Part shown: in pieces, positions 59,798 to 64,000 of the stretch
How the letters are laid out: each line of letters opens with the position of its first letter
Position numbering within the stretch: the stretch's first letter is position 1
Origin: a candidate division FCPU426 bacterium
GTDB taxonomy: Bacteria > Oederibacteriota > Muellerivitia > Muellerivitales > Muellerivitaceae
Direction of reading: 5' to 3'
DNA length: 64,000 nt
Assembly (NCBI GenBank): GCA_963719085.1
Contig: CAVRAL010000001.1
Location: forward strand, 1,248,001-1,312,000
The notes under the pieces: model-generated
What the model was told of the DNA's origin: nothing
What the model saw: only the letters and a program-made list of their open reading frames with translations
The model's database searches: none
Translations under genes and position numbers: made by a program

Positions 59798-59840
59798 TAT
59801 GTTCCGGATCATAATGAACCCGCGAAGGAAGGCATAGGCT
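59798..59840 (+). promoter_or_regulatory. Crp-family box TATGT-N6-TCATA with -10 TAGGCT
   Basis: Box at 59798-59813, hexamer at 59835-59840, upstream of the hemerythrin gene. Confidence 0.65.
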
Positions 59841-59877
59841 GGGTCAAGGTAAGCATCCGATAAAACCAGGAGCCATC

Positions 59878-60375
59878 ATGACCCTTCCTCTTTCCGCGCC
59901 CACCCTTCGGAGCCTCAACTATTTTCACCAGGACTTGGAAGATCTTTTCCAGCAGTACCGGTCCAGCGTCCTGGATAAAGACCTTAAAAAAGCCCGGACC
60001 CTTTGGGAAGTTTATGAGCGGGCGCTCTTGGGCCATATCCGGGAAGAGGATGAGATACTGCTCCCGATTTACCGCCAAAGGGCGGCGCCCCAAAGGGGCG
60101 GATCCCCCGACCTCTTCGTGGGCGAACACCAAAAAATCGTCGAATGGCTGGGCCGGTTGAAACTGCGCTTGTCCCGGCTTATCCCCTCTTCTCCCGCCAA
60201 GGACATCCTGGCCCTGTTAGACGATCAGGCTTTTTTTAAAAAACTTTTGGAACACCACACCCAGCGGGAAAACCACATCTTTTATCCTGAATTGGACCGG
60301 TTGGTCAGCCCGGAAGAAAAAACTGCCCTGTTGCGCTTATTGTCCTTTAAACTCGGGGATGAAGATCCCGCCTAG
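59878..60375 (+). CDS. Hemerythrin-like (HHE) protein
   Basis: H..LE.LF, HI..EDE.LLP, EH..I, HH..RE..IFYP. Confidence 0.82.
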   Translation: MTLPLSAPTLRSLNYFHQDLEDLFQQYRSSVLDKDLKKARTLWEVYERALLGHIREEDEILLPIYRQRAAPQRGGSPDLFVGEHQKIVEWLGRLKLRLSRLIPSSPAKDILALLDDQAFFKKLLEHHTQRENHIFYPELDRLVSPEEKTALLRLLSFKLGDEDPA

Positions 60376-60384
60376 GAGGCCCTC

Positions 60385-61206
60385 ATGAAAAAATCCGCCG
60401 CTCCCGCTCCGCCGACCAAATTCCACGCCCTTTTTCATCCGCCCCACTCGCCCTGGATCATCGCCGGCTTAGGCTTGTTGATCCTCATTCTGTTGGTCCT
60501 CCGCTCCTGGTCCAGTCCGGTGAAGATTCATCCCAAAATCGGCGATATGGTGGAAGCCGTCTATGGCATAGGCACCGTCACTGCCCGCCATACCTTTGAT
60601 TTAAAACTCGGGGTCTCCGACACCCTTGAAAAACTTTATGTCCAAGAAGGGGACGCCGTGTTGAAAGGCGCTCCCCTGGTGGCGCTGGCCGATCTTCCCG
60701 CCGTGCGCGCCCCCTTCGCGGGCGTTGTGACTTCCCTTCCTTTCAAGGAAGGCGAAACCCTCTTCCCCCAGATTCCCGTCCTGACCCTGACCGACGTGAA
60801 AAATCCCTATATCGTCGTCTCCTTGGAACAAGAAGGGGCGCTTCGGGTCCGCCAAAACCAATCCGCCATCATCAGTTTCGAGACCTTGCGAAGTGACCGC
60901 TTAAACGGAACCGTCTCCGCCGTCTATCCCAAGGACGGGCAATTCCTGGTGAATATTGAGGTGCCCCAGATGCCTGAAGGCGCGTTGGTGGGTATGACCA
61001 CCGATGTGGCGATCCAAGTGGAAACCCGGAAACAAGTCCTTCAAATACCCGTGGCGGCGCTGGACCAAGGCGAGGTCAAACTAATAAGGAACGGGAACAC
61101 CCTAAAGGTCCCGGTCAAGCTTGGCGCCGAGGACGGGACTTGGGCCGAGGTGACGGACGGGAGTATCCAACCGGCGGACCTCATCCTGCTTCCAAGGAAA
61201 CCCTAA
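60385..61206 (+). CDS. Periplasmic adaptor (HlyD/MacA-like)
   Basis: TM, V.EGD.V.KG.PL, VRAPF.GVV, GMT.DV.I, IPVAAL, V.LG. Confidence 0.82.
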   Translation: MKKSAAPAPPTKFHALFHPPHSPWIIAGLGLLILILLVLRSWSSPVKIHPKIGDMVEAVYGIGTVTARHTFDLKLGVSDTLEKLYVQEGDAVLKGAPLVALADLPAVRAPFAGVVTSLPFKEGETLFPQIPVLTLTDVKNPYIVVSLEQEGALRVRQNQSAIISFETLRSDRLNGTVSAVYPKDGQFLVNIEVPQMPEGALVGMTTDVAIQVETRKQVLQIPVAALDQGEVKLIRNGNTLKVPVKLGAEDGTWAEVTDGSIQPADLILLPRKP

Positions 61207-62453
61207 TGCTCTTTCTGGCCATCAAACAGCTCTTAGCCCGGCCCCGTCAGACCCTTTTGGCGCTGATGGGCATTATTTTCGGCACGGCGGCCTTTTTGAT
61301 CTTGTCCGGCATGATGCTGGGATTCCGGGAATATTTCATCCAGCGCCTGATCAATTCCACCGCCCATATCAGCATCTCGGCGGAGGACACCCAGTTGGAG
61401 GAACATTCTTTGGACTCCGTTTTTTTTCCGGGCGCCTTGGTGCGTTGGATCGCCCCCCCGGTCAACCACGACGTCACCCCGCATATCGAGTATCCCCAGG
61501 GATGGTTTGACCGCCTCGAAGCCGACGACCGGGTCCAAGCCTATGCCCCGGAAATGACGACCCAAGCCCTGATCACCCGGGGAAAACTTTCACGGACCAT
61601 CAGCCTGGTCGGCGTGGAAGCCCGCCATCAAATCCAGGCGACCGACGTCTTGTCCGACATGGTTTCGGGGAATTTCCTGGACCTGGACAAAGGCGGCTTC
61701 CAGGTGGTGATCGGCCAGGCCCTCGCCCAAAAGTTGGGGCTCAGGGTCAACGACACCCTCATCATCGTCAATACCCTGGGGCAAACCGTCCCCGCCAAAG
61801 TGGCCGGCCTGTTCAACACCGGCATCGACCAAATCGACCAGACCACGGCCTACGCGCCCATCCACTATGTCCAGCAAATCAACCAGACGCCCGGACAGGT
61901 CTCCCAAATTATCGTCAAATTGAAGGACATCACCCAAGCCCGCCGGGTGGCCGACCAATGGGCGGCCCTCAGCCGGGAAAAGGTGCAGAGCTGGGACGAG
62001 GCCAACGCCAACTTTTTCACGGTCTTCAAGATGCAGGACATGATCCGCTACATCCTCAGCGCCGTGGTGCTCATGATCGCGGCCTTCGGCATCTACAATA
62101 TCCTGAATATGATCGTCCTTCAAAAACGCGGGGAGATCGCCATCCTCCGCTCCATGGGCTTTGAGGCCTCCGACATCATCCAACTGTTCCTCTCCCAAGG
62201 ATTGATCCTGGGATTTATCGGCGGACTCTTGGGCCTGGGCGCGGGCACCTTGGTCTGCCTTTATGTCCAATCCATCAAGCTCGCGACCGGCATGGGGGTC
62301 TCTTCCGTCGACCATATGCTCATCGCCTGGCACCTTTATTTCTATGAAATGGCTTTTTTGCTGGCCTTCCTGTCGGGGCTTTTCGCGGGTTTCCTGCCCG
62401 CCCGCTCGGCCAGCCGCATGGATCCCATCGACATATTGAGATCGGAGGGCTGA
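61206..62453 (+). CDS. ABC transporter permease (LolE/MacB/FtsX family)
   Basis: R.RQT.L.L.GI.FG, IAAFGIYNIL.M.V.QK..EIAILRSMG, PAR.ASR.DP.DILR. Start overlaps the previous stop. Confidence 0.9.
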   Translation: MLFLAIKQLLARPRQTLLALMGIIFGTAAFLILSGMMLGFREYFIQRLINSTAHISISAEDTQLEEHSLDSVFFPGALVRWIAPPVNHDVTPHIEYPQGWFDRLEADDRVQAYAPEMTTQALITRGKLSRTISLVGVEARHQIQATDVLSDMVSGNFLDLDKGGFQVVIGQALAQKLGLRVNDTLIIVNTLGQTVPAKVAGLFNTGIDQIDQTTAYAPIHYVQQINQTPGQVSQIIVKLKDITQARRVADQWAALSREKVQSWDEANANFFTVFKMQDMIRYILSAVVLMIAAFGIYNILNMIVLQKRGEIAILRSMGFEASDIIQLFLSQGLILGFIGGLLGLGAGTLVCLYVQSIKLATGMGVSSVDHMLIAWHLYFYEMAFLLAFLSGLFAGFLPARSASRMDPIDILRSEG

Positions 62454-62454
62454 C

Positions 62455-63129
62455 ATGGGTTTGAAAGCGCAAAGCCTCGTCAAATCCTTCGGGAATCCCC
62501 CCACCATCGTGCTCAAGGGCCTGAGCTTTGAGATAAAAGACGGCGAGTTCGTGGCCATCACGGGTCGGTCGGGCTCGGGCAAAAGCACCCTGCTTTATTC
62601 CCTGAGCCTTTTGGACCGGCTCAGTTCGGGCAAGTTATTGCTCGACGGCCGGGACACGACCTCCCTGACCCCAAAAGAAAAACACCGGTTCCTGAATCAA
62701 AAAATGGGATTCGTCTTCCAATTCCATTACCTTTTGCCCGAAATAACCTGCGAGGAAAACGTGCTCTTCCCCGCCCGCAAAACCAACCGGCACGAGGAAC
62801 TTCGAAAAAAAGCCATCCGGTTAATGGACCAATTCGAGATTGGTCCCATCCGCGCCAAGCTTCCCGGGCAAATCTCGGGGGGTGAAAGACAGCGTGTCGC
62901 CATCGCCCGGGCCCTCATCATGGAACCCCAATATCTTTTCGCCGACGAACCCACCGGCAACCTGGATTCGGTCAGCGGCGAAAAGGTGATGGAAATTTTC
63001 CAGCGAACCAACCGCCAATCCAAAACCACCATCATCATGGTGACCCACGATCTGGGCTACGCCAACCGGGCCAAGCGGCGGATCGGGCTCAAGGACGGCG
63101 CCATCGAATTCGACCGGCGCAAGGGTTGA
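62455..63129 (+). CDS. ABC transporter ATPase (LolD/MacB-like)
   Basis: [46 protein letters not shown]. Confidence 0.93.
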   Translation: MGLKAQSLVKSFGNPPTIVLKGLSFEIKDGEFVAITGRSGSGKSTLLYSLSLLDRLSSGKLLLDGRDTTSLTPKEKHRFLNQKMGFVFQFHYLLPEITCEENVLFPARKTNRHEELRKKAIRLMDQFEIGPIRAKLPGQISGGERQRVAIARALIMEPQYLFADEPTGNLDSVSGEKVMEIFQRTNRQSKTTIIMVTHDLGYANRAKRRIGLKDGAIEFDRRKG

Positions 63130-63154
63130 TTTCGCGCCTCAGAAAGGACCCGCC

Positions 63155-63952
63155 ATGAAAAAGGCTACCGCATTCGGTTTATTGGGCGCGGCGCTGGGCC
63201 TGGGCGCGCCCCTGGGGGCCTTCCTAGTCCGCGGCCTGATGGCGCCCCCGCCGCTGCTCGGCCACCTGGCGGGCGAATGGGGCCAATACGGTTTTTTTTA
63301 TTCTTACATGCTGTTGGGAACCTGCTCGGTTTTCGGTGTTTTCGGTTTGTACCTAGGCCGCCAAACCGACCGGGTCTTGACGCTCAACCGGGAACTTTCG
63401 AACGAAGTCGTGACCGATCCACTGACCGGGCTGGGCAACCACCGTTTCCTGCACGACTTCCTCAAGATTGAATTCCGCAAAACCTCCGTCCCTTCGAGGC
63501 CTCTTTCCTGCCTGATGATGGATTTGGACTTTTTCAAAAGGGTCAACGATACCTACGGCCATCCCTTTGGGGACCGGGTATTGGTGGGTTTTTCCAAGAT
63601 CGTCCAACAGTGCCTCCGGCAGGGCGATGTGGCCACCCGCTACGGCGGCGAGGAATTCCTCTGTATCCTGCCCAACTGCGACGAAAAGGACGCTTTAAAG
63701 GCGGCCGAACGCATCCGCGCCGAGACTCAAAAGGCCGTCTTTCGGGACGGAATCCACGAAACCCAAATCACCGTCAGCATCGGGGCGGTCACCCTGCCCC
63801 GCCCTTTAGGGTTGGACTATCAAGCTCTCATTGACGCGGCCGACAAAAACCTTTACGAGGCCAAGGGCCGGGGCCGAAACCAGGTCGTGCTGCGTACCTT
63901 GGATGCCCCGGTTGCCCCTTGTCAAGAAAGCGGCCAACAGCGCGCAATATGA
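63155..63952 (+). CDS. Two-TM diguanylate cyclase
   Basis: TDPLTGL.N.R, DLDFFKRVNDTYGH..GD, RQGD I-site, RYGGEEF, AD..LY.AK..GRN. Confidence 0.93.
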   Translation: MKKATAFGLLGAALGLGAPLGAFLVRGLMAPPPLLGHLAGEWGQYGFFYSYMLLGTCSVFGVFGLYLGRQTDRVLTLNRELSNEVVTDPLTGLGNHRFLHDFLKIEFRKTSVPSRPLSCLMMDLDFFKRVNDTYGHPFGDRVLVGFSKIVQQCLRQGDVATRYGGEEFLCILPNCDEKDALKAAERIRAETQKAVFRDGIHETQITVSIGAVTLPRPLGLDYQALIDAADKNLYEAKGRGRNQVVLRTLDAPVAPCQESGQQRAI

Positions 63953-63990
63953 CCCAAGTCATAAAATCGAGTCTCCCGCTCCTTTAACAT
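63948..63990 (+). promoter_or_regulatory. Crp-family box TATGACCCAAGTCATA with -10 TAACAT (target beyond the window)
   Basis: Box at 63948-63963, hexamer at 63985-63990. Confidence 0.65.
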
Positions 63991-64000
63991 CAAACTGTTC

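Overview
A 64 kb, GC-rich chromosomal window from a diderm (outer-membrane) bacterium. It has about 65 genes and no recognisable rRNA, tRNA, CRISPR array, transposase or phage gene. There are five blocks. (1) 1-14.2 kb: stress and housekeeping genes (aldo/keto reductase, peptidase E, glutathione peroxidase, CHASE3 kinase, GT39, Spy/CpxP, ABC-F, and an ArsR-SRPBCC-VOC-DoxX operon). (2) 14.3-29 kb: a minus-strand cluster of secreted proteins with Thr/Pro linkers (S8 protease with Kelch-like repeats, GH30 and GH62 enzymes each with malectin and CBM3, and a PA14-CBM9 binder). All four end in a T9SS-CTD/FlgD-Ig-like domain. The cluster also holds a PorV-like barrel fused to a TPR, and an ECF sigma whose anti-sigma ends in a similar CTD-like domain. 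(3) 29.2-39.7 kb: TBDR-ExbBD-TonB-acid phosphatase-YncE-COG4705, divergent from a CusRS/CzcRS-like pair with a CusR-box-like palindrome between them. (4) 40-56.8 kb: a signalling and fermentation island (degenerate GGDEF, GAF/HD-GYP, xfp-ackA, degenerate thioredoxins, a Cys-rich Crp/Fnr, an NtrC-type activator, PAS and RegB-like kinases). (5) 57-64 kb: a sigma54-driven YceI-porin-START operon, a hemerythrin, a MacAB/LolDE-like ABC exporter and a GGDEF. Reading the DNA directly showed a non-canonical Crp-family box (TATGW-N6-TCATA) seven times at class II (-41.5) geometry, two sigma54 promoters sharing a palindromic enhancer, and unannotated small proteins. The CTD/PorV/Thr-Pro architecture is reminiscent of uncultured lineages such as FCPU426, but this is inference and was not verified. 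All calls come from motif recognition by eye, and many start codons were re-chosen from RBS context.
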